A stretch of DNA of 63,843 nt, the filler included, from Reclinomonas americana ATCC 50394 (lineage: Eukaryota): the NCBI GenBank assembly GCA_048213135.1. It is 6 parts of 5 records of this genome, joined end to end, with 100 filler letters (N's around TTAATTAATTAA, not from the genome) between each part and the next. Parts side by side here need not be neighbours in the genome. Positions count along the whole stretch, not along the records: positions 19,163 to 44,580 come from PS015433.1; 5 more parts are not named here. One strand, written 5' to 3'. Below are positions 25,101 to 38,200 of the stretch, piece after piece. The notes beneath the pieces were generated by a model, which worked only from the letters and a program-made list of their open reading frames with translations, searched no databases and had not been told where the DNA came from. The stretch's first letter is position 1. Every line of letters starts with the position of its first letter. The position numbers and the translations under genes were made by a program.

Positions 25101-28100
25101 AAAAGGCAAGTTGTGCGAGTGTATGTGTGTGTGAATGCGCACCTTCGCTAATGACAAATGAGCTTGTGGTTGAGCCACCGGCGCCGTCGCTGACCGTCAC
25201 TGTTACTTGCAGGCCGTTGCCAGTGAGACCGGCCACATTGGCACGGAGACTGTTGCCGCTGATATTGAACATGGACTGATTGGCACCTCCGGTGACGGCG
25301 TACGTCAGCGTTTGACCCGTGTTCACGTCGCTTGACGAGAGCAGGCCAATGACACCGTTGAGTGCCAGCGGAGGGATGTAGGTGTTGGTCAAGAGGGTGG
25401 GAGCAGTTGGAGGCACATTGGCTGCAATTCACGTGAGTATGGCAAACATCATACGCACAATGGCAATGCGAATCACCTTCGTTGATGAGGAAAGTGCTCG
25501 AGTTGCTGCCACCAGCGCCGTCGGAGACGGTGACCGTGACTTGCAGGCCGCTGCCGGTGAGGCCTGCGACACCAGAGACAAGATCGGAGCCGACCAGAGA
25601 GGAGGAGGCCTGCGCGGTACCGCCGGTTACGGTGAACGACAGCGTCTGGCCGGTATTCACGTCGGTGGCGGCGAGTGTGCCAATGGCGGCTCCCAGGGCC
25701 AACGGGGGAACGTACGTGCTGGTGGACAGCACTGGTGCAGTCGGAACCACGTTGTCTGGATAAGAAAGCACGAATGAGAACCGTGCAAGTCATGAAATAG
25801 TGAATGCAGTTCACGCAACTCTCGTTGATGATGAACGTCGATGAGTTTGAACCGGTACCACCGGCTCCGTCTGGCACAGTGATTCCTCTTGAAGACCGCG
25901 CTGACGTAGGTTGGCGTGAGCTGCGCGCGCAGTGTCGACAAGTAAATGCGAGATTGAGAAATGAGANNNNNNNNNNNNNNNNNNNNCCCACTGCATGTGG
26001 TAGATGCGTCGCAAAAAACGGAACACGCTGAGCCGTAGTAGCCTGTTGCACATGAGCAGAGACCTGCGCTGTCACAGGAGCCATGGCCACTGCACGTGAC
26101 AGCAGGGTTGCAGTAAACGTTGCATGTTGGTGCTGGAACGTAGTACTGTGCACACTGCAAGCAGAAGGGGCCACTGTTGTTGCTGGCACAGGCTGCGTGA
26201 ATCGCAAAAGAATGAGTACACTTGTTGAGGCGTGTGCGTGTGGTGTGCGCACGTAAGTGAGTGTGTGCGCGTGTGCGTGTGTGTGACAGATGACTCACCT
26301 GCAGTGGTGAAGGACACAATTTGTCCCGAAGTCGTACCGACAACTGCACGATAAAAGTACTGCGTGGACGCCTTCAGAGAAGTAAGCGGAGCGCTGAGAG
26401 CGGTTGTGCTTCCTCCAGAGCTAGTTAGCGGAGAGGCCGGAACAGAACCCGGCGGAACCGCCACCATGCGGATAGTTTGGTCCTCGTTGTCTGTGCAGCG
26501 TCCGCAAAATATCATGAGCTCCCAGTCTATGCCTGGGGGAACAACACGCGGGGACAAACCAGAGAGTGCCAGCATACGCAGAGTTTCGCTGAAACCAAGG
26601 CCCCACTACGCATATCGAAAATCCAGTAAATGTGAGTCGCGACGTCGCACCATGGACGTGATGCAAGCACAACGCAACAGGGACTACGAAAGATGCATCG
26701 ACACCGAATCCGTCAGCCCACGTTGAAACATCGGGCGATCCAGCCACAGTTGTGACGAAGCCGCCAATCGTGACGCTTCGCAGAATTGAGTTGTAGCGCT
26801 GCATCCCGCAACAAGCATGTCAGCCACAACGCAAACCACATACCTACCACGACTACTGGCTGAAGGTCAGACGCAACGTCAGAGACATACAGCATGCCAG
26901 AGAGCTCGTCGACAACGATACCGGCTGGACGGTTGAATCGCGCAACTGAACCAGCACCATCAGCAGTTCCCACTGTTCCCACTGTACCAGCCAAGGTCGT
27001 CACCATCCGCGTGCTGAGATCCACGACACGCACGGTGTTGTCTGAACTGGTAAAGTACAGCTTGTTTCGACCAACATCAACAGCTACGCCGAGGGGGCCG
27101 GTGAGCTTCGCCGCTGAGCCGATACCATCAACCGATGAGCCACGTTTTGTGGGATTTCCCGCAAGTGTGAAGGCCGTCGTGCCAACATACGGCAGCCGCC
27201 GCAAGGTGTTATTGTTTGTGTCGGCTACGTAGATCCAACGCACAGTGACGTCGAGACACAGACCAGACGGCCCGCTGAATGTCACCGGCGCTGTGTCCGA
27301 CACGCCTCGAGTTCCGTTACCGGCCACAGTACTCACGGTCCCCAGCGACAATTTTCGCACGGCGTTGTTCGCAGTCTGCACAACGGCGCGCAGCTGCGTC
27401 AACATGTGCCCGACACAAACATGTTGATCGACGGCAAACAACGCACCTCAGAAACGTAAATGTCGCCCGATGGAAGGTCTACGGCAACTGCTGCTGGCGT
27501 ATTGAACTTTGCCGACAGCGCAGCACCGTCAACGAAACCGGCGCGGCCCACTTGGCCGCCAATTGTCGTCGTAACACCTGCCGGTGTTACGCGCCGGAGG
27601 GTGTGACTGGGCAGAGATAACAGCAGAAAAAAACAAGTTGAGCGAATAATGCGCTGAGACGACGAGAAGGACAGACATAACATACGCACTTTCCCGAGTC
27701 GCACACCACGACATTTCCGGCAGCATCAAATGCAACTCCCTACGAGGCGAGAGTAAGTTGCGCACACAAACATGCACCTATGCGACAAAACTGGTGTGAG
27801 AGAACCAACCTGCGGAGAGGAGAATGAGGCAGCGTCTGCCACTCCGTCGTCGGAACCGGGGACGCCGCTGCCAGCAAGAGTCGTCACCGGAAACCGGCTT
27901 TCAAACAACGAGGCGGACATGGACACCTCGAAAGAATTGGCGAACGTGCCGAGATTGTTGGCGTTCGCCGTGCCCAACAGCGTGGCACTAAATTGTGAGA
28001 TGCTGGTTGCCGCATTGGTCGCCGCCGTGGGAGCTGCACCAAGGCGCACAGTGAGTGAACAATCTGAATGGACGGTCAGAGCGACTTCTGGTGCACGTGC

Positions 28101-28887
28101 CTGTGACGCGTGTTGAGAAGTATGCCGGTGCAAGAGATGAGTCGGGCAGCGCCAGCATCGCCGTCGTCTTTCGCAGAGCACGTGCACGCTCTGCTTCCAA
28201 CACGCTGTGTTTAGAGATCGTCTCCACAACAATCGCCACACATCTTCGCACTCACCGATAACAAACTCGGCTGTGCTCTCCACACGGTCGCCCTCCGACC
28301 AGCACTGCACAGTCACACGCAGCGTGGCCACCGTCACGCCCTCCGCAGACATGATCAGCGCCGACAGCTGTTGGTCCACTTGCACCAGCGCGGCATCGTT
28401 CCCCGCTATCGAGCACTCGCCAACGGGCACCATCACAGGCGACTCTCCAGTGCGCACGAGCCGCAGCATTCCAATGAGGCGGCCACGTTGCGAAGGCGCC
28501 ACATATGTTGTGTTGGTAAGGTGCAAACCTGTGTGAGAGAGAGAACATAAGTCATCGACTCTTTCTCTCTCTCTGTCATTCCATGACACTCATATGGGGC
28601 AAGAAATAGGAGAAAACCGAGAGAGCGGCGTGTGAAAAGCGAGTGTGTGTGTGTGTGTGTGGTATGACACGCACAGCCGGATTAGGCAAGAGTGGAGTGC
28701 CAACAACAACGCAACGTTGATTGTGGTGCTGTGTGGCAGACAGCTCCAGTGGAGAGCATGAGAGCACGAAGGCCACGCAGCAAACGAGAAGAAATAGAGA
28801 GTGCGGGCGAGTGCGAGAAGTTTTTCCAAGGAGCCGATATCTCGAGTGAGGAGGAGACAAAAAACAACAACAACGTGTGTGTGTCAT
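16470..28887 (-). CDS. Giant secreted/surface adhesin: hydrophobic leader, FN3-like domain with NHL beta-propeller, EGF repeats and >=20 cadherin-like repeats (both ends uncertain; split by gaps and one linker)
   Basis: Repeat consensus ANVPPTxxxLSxxTYxPPxxANTVVGTLxAxDxNxxxTFTYSIVGGAxxxxFxIxGNQL..GxxLQVxVRxxDGxGG..FTIxE. NHL motifs: VTTLAGT.G..G.ADGAGSVARFNRPAGIVVD. EGF motif: CSGHGSCDSAGLCSCATGYYGSAC. Confidence 0.85.
19107..19118. other. Artificial scaffold linker TTAATTAATTAA (six-frame stop) within Ns
   Basis: Identical 12-mer flanked by 44 Ns on each side, five times in the window. Confidence 0.95.
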
Positions 28888-29054
28888 TCTTCTTTCCGTC
28901 GCTCAGCAAGCGTGCGAAGGAGAGACAAACAAAAGAGAGTGTGTGCGTACGTGAGTGAGAGAGGCTGTCTCACACGTCAGACGACTCCGGAAATTGGACA
29001 ATAAAAATTAAAAAGTCGATTGCGTCATATCAGAACTCGATATTCATGCATTTA

Positions 29055-32000
29055 TTACAGTCGGTGGAGCTCGTCGTCCTCCGCGTCCAACAGGCGCACC
29101 TGCAGGCCCGGACTCGCGCTGGCAAACCTGTGCTGACTGTCGATGCGTCGAACGGTGTCTGTTACGGTGCCGTGACGACGCATGGCCTCGGCCCACACGT
29201 CTCGCATGCGGGCGGTTTCTGCCTCCTCCTCCAGAGCACGTACTCGCCGCTGCTCCTCCAACGCGTGTGCGCGCAGAGCGCACAAATCTGGATTGCGAAG
29301 CAAGGTGATGGCCAGTTTCCAGCGGTTGAGAGCGCGTCGCCGGCGCACACTTGCCCGCTTCTCGCCGCGGAGTTGGCGCAGCACGTCGGGAGCCAGTAGC
29401 GGCCGCGCAATGTCTACTTTGTGCGTTCCACACCACGAGTGGATGAATTCGGGGTCGTCGGCTTTGTTCCGCCGTCGCTCGGCCTTGACGGCTGCGTACG
29501 TGGCGAGCGTTAGCTCGTGGCTGGGGAAGGCAGAAATGCGAGGACGGCAGCAAACGCAACGATCCCACAGCAGCTTGCAGAAGGTGGCCAGAATAGGGTT
29601 ATTTGTTTCGTGGTCCATGCGAAGAACAGCGCACCAGCTGTTGTAACCTGTCGACCAATACGTCAGACAAGGAAAAAAGCACCGTCGACAACACAACGGG
29701 CTCTCTCACCAAAGTCAAGGTACACGGCGCTGGCAGGCGTTGGGTGGTCGAAGCGGACGTACATGACAAAGTCGAGGGTGAAGGCGAAAACGAGTCGTAG
29801 CGCCGAGTAGAAGAGTCCAACCAGGCTAAAGTCCAGGGTAGGTGAGTGTACGGCAATCAACAAGGCGGCGCATGTAATGCGTGACGCAACAAGGTCAGCA
29901 GCGTGTACGCCGAGTCAAAAACCAAAAACGCACGATAGTACAAGACACGACCATGTCGCACGAGAATGCCAAAGCCGATGCTGCGAGAGAAAAACAAGTC
30001 AGCTTCTGACAAAGCAAATCGTTCCCCATGCCTCCCCGTCCCCCTCCTACTCACATGTAGTATACAATGCGTGTGGCGAGCTCCAAGCCGAGCAGTGCCA
30101 GCAGGAACTTGGTGCCAATCTCAAGGAGCACCTGCCGAGACGGTTGCCAGAAGACCAGGAAGAGCGGCAACACGCCGATCAGCGCAAACACAATGTACGT
30201 GAAGATCACAGCTGCGAGAAGCATACACACACAAAAAGTGAGTTGCAGCGTCGGCAGGGTTCCGGGAAATCACGAGAACAAATAATATGTGGATGGGCAG
30301 GCAAAACCCCGACGTGAAGGTCCTCTCCCNNNNNNNNNNNNNNNNNNNNNNNNNNNNNNNNNNNNNNNNNNNNNNNNNNNNNNNNNNNNNNNNNNNNNNN
30401 NNNNNNNNNNNNNNNNNNNNNNNNNNNNNNNNNNNNNNNNNNNNNNNNNNNNNNNNNNNNCAGAGCACATATGGGCGTGCTCTGCAGCAGTCTGTCGCCG
30501 CGGCATCGCTCTACAGCAAGCTGTTGTTGACCGAGGCGGCACAGCTGAAACCGACTGTCAATACGCTTCTCGATCTGCTCGGCAACTTGCCGCCGCAGTC
30601 GGTGGCGGCAGAGATCACGCAGGTCACCAACTTGCCGAGTGACGCGTTCGACTCGTTGGTGAACACGTTTGTCGGCAACTACTCGGCGACACGACCGCTG
30701 CAGATCGCCGTGTGGATGACCGTGACAGTTGCGTGTGTGATACTTCTATCATTTATATGCTGCTTCTAACTTGTGTGTGAATCGCACAGTCGGCAACACT
30801 CTTGATTGGCATGCACTTGTTCATTTTGTCGCGCAAATATCGTGAGATGGTGAGAGGAGCGACCTCGTGGGGAGAAGATTGCTTGGCATTGTGTTGACTT
30901 GCCGACTTTTGTATGCTGCAGATCTATGCTCTGCGCCGTGGTGATCCGCTGCAACGAATTCGAGGAGCACACCAGGCGCAAGTAACGCTGTACATCGGCC
31001 TACAATTCTTTGGTGCGTTTCTCACTTGCACATCCACATATACGCGCACCCTTTTTCTTTGCNNNNNNNNNNNNNNNNNNNNNNNNNNNNNNNNNNNNNN
31101 NNNNNNNNNNNNNNNNNNNNNNNNNNNNNNNNNNNNNNCGCTGCACTCTGCTGCAGCTTGGTGTACCAAGCCAGACCAACTGCCGCGCCCACATACGCGG
31201 CAAGCACGAGGATGGGAATCAGGGACAAGGCCACCAAAAAGCGCACTGCCGTTGCAATGAATTTCGTCAGCACGACCACGACACAAGGGCTCGCGAGCCT
31301 CTTCCACTTACCGGGGTAGAAGAATCCGACTGAACGGTACCGCTGCTCCGTGAGTGTAGGCTTTGGCATGAGGAGATTGGTGACTGCATTTGCACACAAA
31401 GTGAGTAACACAACAGAGACACGAATTGGTTAGAAGCGCACGAACTTGGGCTCCACATTGTGGATCGCGGCGGCGGCGCAAACGGATCAATGCCGAGCTC
31501 GGCGTCGATCTTGGGAGTAAAAGTGACGAGTCGGCGAATGAGCTCACGGTACTCTTTGTCGCGGGTGTGGATAAAACTGGCCGTGTTGAAGCGACCAATC
31601 AAGGTAAGGACAATGTGCACTGTAGCATTACAACGACCCGCGACGCGGATGAGACACACAGAGAGTGAGAGCATCGCGGGAGGACACACGACGCCCTCAC
31701 CGACGAGAATGGCGCCGACAATGAGTACCACCAGAAACGTGAAAGTAACAAGAGTTCCGGTGTATGGATCACGAGTGGTGAACACAACGCCGTCGCCAGA
31801 GTGTATCCACGAGTTGAATGACTGCAGGCAGTGTAATTAAACAAATGCAGCTCGAGGCGGCAGGCGTACGTTGACACATAACGCAACTTTGCCAGTGGCG
31901 AAGAGAGCAAAGATAACCTGCGCGAGACGTTTGGTCAGTGCATTCAGCGAACAAGGTGTCTCGAACCGGGACAGCGAGCAGCCGTACCACGCCAAGAGTT

Positions 32001-35000
32001 GCAAACTGCATGATTGCCCAGTTGAACAGCGATACGCCCATAAACAGCGGGACAGTGAGCCCCACTGCCAGGTAAATGTACGTGTTCAAGTTGCTCAGCG
32101 AGCTGGTGTCGGCCTGACTGGGATTGAACATGTAGATGGAGTTGCTGGGAGACGATGGGAAGCCTTGACACAGGAACACGAGCTGTGAGGAGCGCACCCC
32201 ACACAACGCAAGTGAGGTTGGAGAATTTCAGTGCAAAGCGGCGTGAGAGGGCTGCGCTGCGCACCGTGGTGAACTGAGTTGGTCCCGAGACTATACGCAA
32301 TGCGTCAAAGGTGGCAATGCCATTGGCGTCGGTGTATGCCACCGCGGTCGCAGCGTACAGCGCCATATTTGGGTTCGTGGAGGTAGCCGTCACTGCCTGG
32401 TTGACCAGCACGGAACCACCAACGTCGCGGACCTGCACGGTCGTTGAAGTCGAGAAGACAACTCCAAGAGTTGCACCAGATGGTGGCTGCTGAACGACGG
32501 CAACGGTGCCAATCAAGTTGCGCACAGACACCGGCTGGCTTACAACCTGCAACTCGCCGACGAGGAACGTGAACTGGTACATTCCTGTGAGGATAGGGAG
32601 GCACACAAGTCATTTTTTCGAGGAGAACAGAGGTTGCTGCTCACTGCCAACACCCGCCCCCTTACCAGTCAGCGCGCTCGTGAAAAACGTGGCGAAGCAT
32701 GCGTTTCCGTTGAGGTCAGAGACGGCGCTGGCAGTGGCCGCATCCAAAGCGACATTGGGATCCGACGACTGCCGGACGTGCGTGAGGCGTGCACAGGAAT
32801 GAACGAGAACATTTTTTTCAGTATGCACACCGATTGCACCGTGACGGTGACACGAATGCTCGGGAGCGTTGCGCCAGAGCTGATCTGCACTTGAACACAA
32901 GGCGCTGGCGACGGCATTGGCTGACCAACAATAATTGTCGCAGCCGGTAGGCTGGTGATGACGAGTGCGCTCGGAGAGCCGACAAGCGGGAATGACTCGC
33001 TTGGCGGACTGTGTGGAGAGGATCGATTAGCAGATGGCAAGGAATTCGAAGTCACTGAGTCCAACATGCCTGCAGAGACCAAAGGCACAGATTCGCAGTT
33101 GGTATTCTGGTGCAAGTACACCGCTGATGCTGAGCAACTGGAAGGAAATAGTCCCGTCACTGACGCAGTTACACAGTCAGCATACGAACTGCGAAACTCC
33201 ATCCACGACAGCCAAACACCGTACGCAACGGGTTGACAGAAGGCGGCGTGTTGTTCACCGTCATGTAATTGACTTGCAGCGACTGACGAATGGCCAGCGA
33301 CGTCGACGGAGAGCATATGGCAACCGGCTGCGTCGATACAGCTGGGTTGAATGGCACACCGATCGACACGACCAGACGGGCTCGGGGCAAGTACGCGGTT
33401 GGGAAGTTGCCGTTTTGACTCGCCGACGGCAGCATGGGTTGCCACAAGAGGTCGATGGCTTGCACAGGGTTCGTGACCGTCACAGCAACCGTGGCCGCAC
33501 TTGTCAACGGCCCCTGTCCATTCGGTTGATTAAATGGCGTGACGAACTTGATGGTGGCGGGACCCGTTGGCGCCTGGTAAAATGTAATACCTGCACAAGC
33601 CGGCCTCCACATGTCATCCACAACATGAACAGCATAATCGCGGCAAGACCACCACAACACACCAGAAAACTGCACAAAGCCATTGCTGTCAGACGCAGCA
33701 ATCCACTGCGGTGCATCGTTGGGGGTTGTGCTGCCGTCACACGCCAACAAATTAAGCGTGGGCATGAGTGGAATGACATACACGCCAACGACAGGTTGAC
33801 CGGAGGCGCCAGTGAGTCGAACTTGCGGCTGCGTTGAAATGGGTACGCCAACCGTGGCCACGTTGGGCGGTTGCAGCGTGATTGCGATGTTTTGCACTGC
33901 ATCAAGTGAGTGGACAGTGAGCCGCAGCGACAACTGAGAGCAGGCACGCGAAGGGACACGCAACATGGCGTGCTGCACACGAAAATGTTGGAGCCACCAA
34001 ACACGCGACCGCCGACAAACGGAACAAGGCTCATCGGCAACGAGAAGCCAGCCTGGATACTGATTTGGAATGTGGCACATCCTGCGGGAGCCGGGTGGGC
34101 GACAGAAGAACAATCATCGGTTGCACGACCACACAAAACGTACCAGTTGAGTCTGTGACGGCGGTGCCGGTGATGCCGTTGAACGTTGTGAACCCACCGT
34201 CTTGCCCAACCACGTAGCGGAAGGTCTGCATCTGCTGCGTGTACGGACTCGACATGAATGCCTGCAGCACATCAAATGTCAGCACAGTAAAAAAAAAAAA
34301 GCATGCACGATTCCGCTCAGACCGAGCCGTAGAGCCTGTTCCCGTAGAACAAGTCAGTCTCAGCAGCAGCAACCAAGCAAATGCACGCTGCCGAATCAGA
34401 CGCAACAGGAATGGTTTTGGAAGAAGCGAATCGCCAGAATCCAACACAGGATCCAACCACGTTGGCTGGTAGTCGTAATACGCATGAATGTCTGCAACAG
34501 CAGACACTGTGAGTAATCATTTTGTGCGCGCCCGACATGATCTGCAGCGACGACAGACCGGCGGTAGAGTCCCAGGCCATGAAGACTTGCTGGTTCACCA
34601 CGGGCACTTGATTCTCGTCGGTCAGGCACACCTACCAATTCGAGGTTCATACCCACACGTAAAAGGCAGAGTCAACAAAGTGCGCATTTTGCATACCTTT
34701 GGCTGCGAGCTGAGCGGCTGACCAGAGTTCGTACAGACCGGCTGCACAACAAAGCCGCCAGAGTACGCTACGCAGCATTTCACGTGCAAGTGTCAGCCAT
34801 CTCGTCTTGCGTCGCACAGCAGCGCCGCCCTCACTCACCTCCTCCGGAGACTTGCACAACCGGCGGAGTGTTGATGTCTGTGCGACAGTTTGCTCCAGCT
34901 CCGGCAGCAAGGTAAACGGAGTAGGCCCAGGCTGCGTAGCGAGCGTGAGACAACTACCGCGCAGTGACATGCTATTTGTAAGTGGAAATATTACCTTGAA

Positions 35001-35209
35001 TGAAGGTGACCGAGTTGAACGTGGCGTGTCCGGTGCTGTTGGTGGGTGCCACCGCCCCGTGCGGTTGCACTCCGGCCACCAGACCAGGCGCGTCGAGAGT
35101 GAGGAGCGACATTTGCTGAACATTGGGCACACCGCGGCCACGTGCATTGAGAGCCTGAACAGTACGAGATAAGCAACTACCGCAACCATCACAGCGCGAC
35201 TTTCTCTCC

Positions 35210-35246
<37 letters not shown>

Positions 35247-38200
35247 CAAGTCGCACCTGCACCACCAACGACGGGACGTATTGTGCGTTGAGGATGGCGG
35301 TGGGAGGCAGCGAAGATGCAAACTGGACATAGTTGCAAGTCTGCGCAAAGAGGCGAAGGATATTGAGCAAGACTGATTTGCGGCGTGGACGGCACGCACA
35401 CACGGACCGTGGATGTCACTGTGGCGTTGGTGTAGACGGGGAAATAGTTGGAGGTGGCCGAGAAGCCGTCCACTGCACACAATGGACGATGAGAAACAGC
35501 GTGAAGATGAATAGAGCGACGCTGCGCCACGAACCGGTTGCAGTGATAGCATAGCTTCCGCTGGCCTCGACGACGGCCAAGTACAGGAACGGCGAGTAGA
35601 GTCCCGGAGAGCTGCCGAAAGAGATGGTTAGGCATTGGAGAAGTGAACCAGATGAGGAATAGATGAAAAGGAGAACGGAGACGGAGGGAAGGTTAGGGAA
35701 AGGAGTGGAAGGGAGTGGAAAAGGAATGGAAGGGCTAGTGAACGCAAGGGAAGGCGAAGCGACGGATTGGTGGCGCAGAAAAAAGAGGGAACTGACGGAA
35801 AGGAGCAGGGAAGGTGAGAGAGGAGAGGGAAGGAAAGGGAAGAAGGGGAGAAAGGGAAAATTCAAGGACTTTGCTGGTACACGACGTGCTGGCGACGAAC
35901 CCGCTCGGTGGTGGGGTGGAGCTGCGGAAGAGCGCCAGTTCTCCCATGCTGCCTCGAATCGAAAACACAGGTGCCTTACCGGACAGACCTGCGGAGCCAC
36001 AACGTCAGGGGTTACTGGAGCGAGTCTCAAGCACAAGGAGAGCCACGTACTACGCACCCTGCCCAGTTGAATTGCTCATGTGCACATACACGGTTTGCAA
36101 ATATGCTGAGTCGCCGTCCGTGACGTTAACGGCGCCGCCAACGTACGTGATGGAAAAGGTTGTAGGATCAACTGCGCGAGCGTGGTGCGTTAGTGAGCGC
36201 ACTGCGGGGAAAAAAGAAATGGAACGACGACTCACGAGAGGAGATCACGTTGATTGCGTCGCTCGGCTGCGAAGATATGCCCTCGCAGAAAAATGACAGA
36301 GCAAAAACGCCCGCATTGCCGACGTTGTCGAAGCCGAGGCTCGAGAAGATGGCGTTGCCGTTGCTGTCGGTAACCGCAGAAAAGTTGACCAATCCTTTGA
36401 GGCTCACCGGGCGGAAACCAAGGCCGGCTGCAGAATCCCACGAGCGGTTGCGTCAGTTGGGCACCCGCTAAAAATCACAACATCAACGAAGCGCATGCGA
36501 TTCACGCACGGGGGTTCAGGTTATACATCCGAATACTCGCCGCGGTGGAGATCAGTGCGTACACGATGCGACCGACAACGGGGTTGTTGTTGGTGTCCAA
36601 CACCTGATTGTCACGAATAGTATGAGCTTTCAGCATTGTCAAGGCCGTGGTCAACGACATGGACGCACCTGCACCACCGGCTGCTGTTGCAGTGAGAGCC
36701 CTTCCATAACCGATGCCGACGGTTGCGTCGTGATACGCAGCGATTTGACTGCGCGTCGCATAACAACAAGGGTAAGATACGTGAGTGCCGTGACCCACAC
36801 AAAGGACAAACGACGCACCGGTGGTGGTGGTCTGCACAAAGGCAAAGCCGACAGGATTCAGGGCGCCCCACGCCTGCGAAAATGTCTCACATGCGACATA
36901 CGGGTACGTGATTGGCGACGAGGTGCCGAGGATCATGAAATCGTTGAACACAATCATGCCGTTGGCGTCGGAGGGTCCGGCGCGACTGCCGGCGTACGTC
37001 ACTGCACGGCATTAGCGGCGTCAGTGATCATGTTTGCGAGCTCCATTAAACAACAAGACGCACCCATCTTCTCTCCCAGTAGCGAGTCAAAGTATTTCTG
37101 CGTGGGATAGTTGACCATCTGTGCAACACGCGCCATGTCAGTGTCGGTGGACAACCCCGCGCACCCCACAACATGTCAACCTCACCGTGGCGTACTTGCC
37201 GGCCAATGGCTGTTGATTGTTGTCCAGGATTTGCACACGCGGCTGTGAGATAAAAGGCTGCAGGGTGCGGCGTGAGACGAGGAACATGGCGAATGCAGCG
37301 GGCGGCAGACAATACCTGCCCAGTGGGAGAAGTCACATTGGCTGCAGGAATCGGAGGAATAACCACAATGTTGCCGACGTCGCTGGAGAGCACAACGGTG
37401 CTGCCGACTGGCGACACGACTGAGCCGGCAGCCACGTTGAGAGTGTAAGTGGGCGGGCGGTTGCCAGTGATGGGCGACCCGCAGTAGCCCGACAAGAAGT
37501 ATACGTTGTCGAACGAGGCCTCGCCTCGCGAGTCCGTGTACACCGTGACGTTGCCGGCAAGGTACGGCGTCAGGCAATCCACCAGAGAAGCGCGTTCCAC
37601 GTACGACAGGTCGGCATAGATGCTCGCCACAGGGCTCGCCACCACCGTCACGGGTACATCAGGCATGGCCGTGCCCGCCAGACTGGTGACGCGAGCTGTC
37701 AGCGGCGGCGTGATGGTGCTGCCGAATTTCGCCGACACATAACCCGTGGCTGTGGTGCGCAACAGCACCGCCCCCACGGTCTTGTCGGCCACCGACTGGA
37801 TCAGCGGATCCACAAAGATCGGCTGCAACAACAGCGACACCAGCACGGCAATCATCGCAAAGAAGATGGAGATAACTGCGCGAACGGACTGCAGTCAGCA
37901 AGAAAACAAGCGCGGAGACGGCGGCAGCACACACGCGTGCGCAACAGAGAATGCGAGTGCGGTAGAAATCCCGAACAAGGTCCATGATGACGGGAATATT
38001 GAGGCCGTGGTACTCGCCTCGTCGCGCATCATACCTGTTTGTTGGCACAGATGATGAGTTGCTTGTGTGCAGACGACACATATCTCTCATTTCTCATACC
38101 GAACGGGTCCACATCGCCACGATCGTCCACTGGGCCGACACCATCCGCGCTTGCGAGCGGCCTTTATTCTGTACACACACACACACGCACACACACACAC

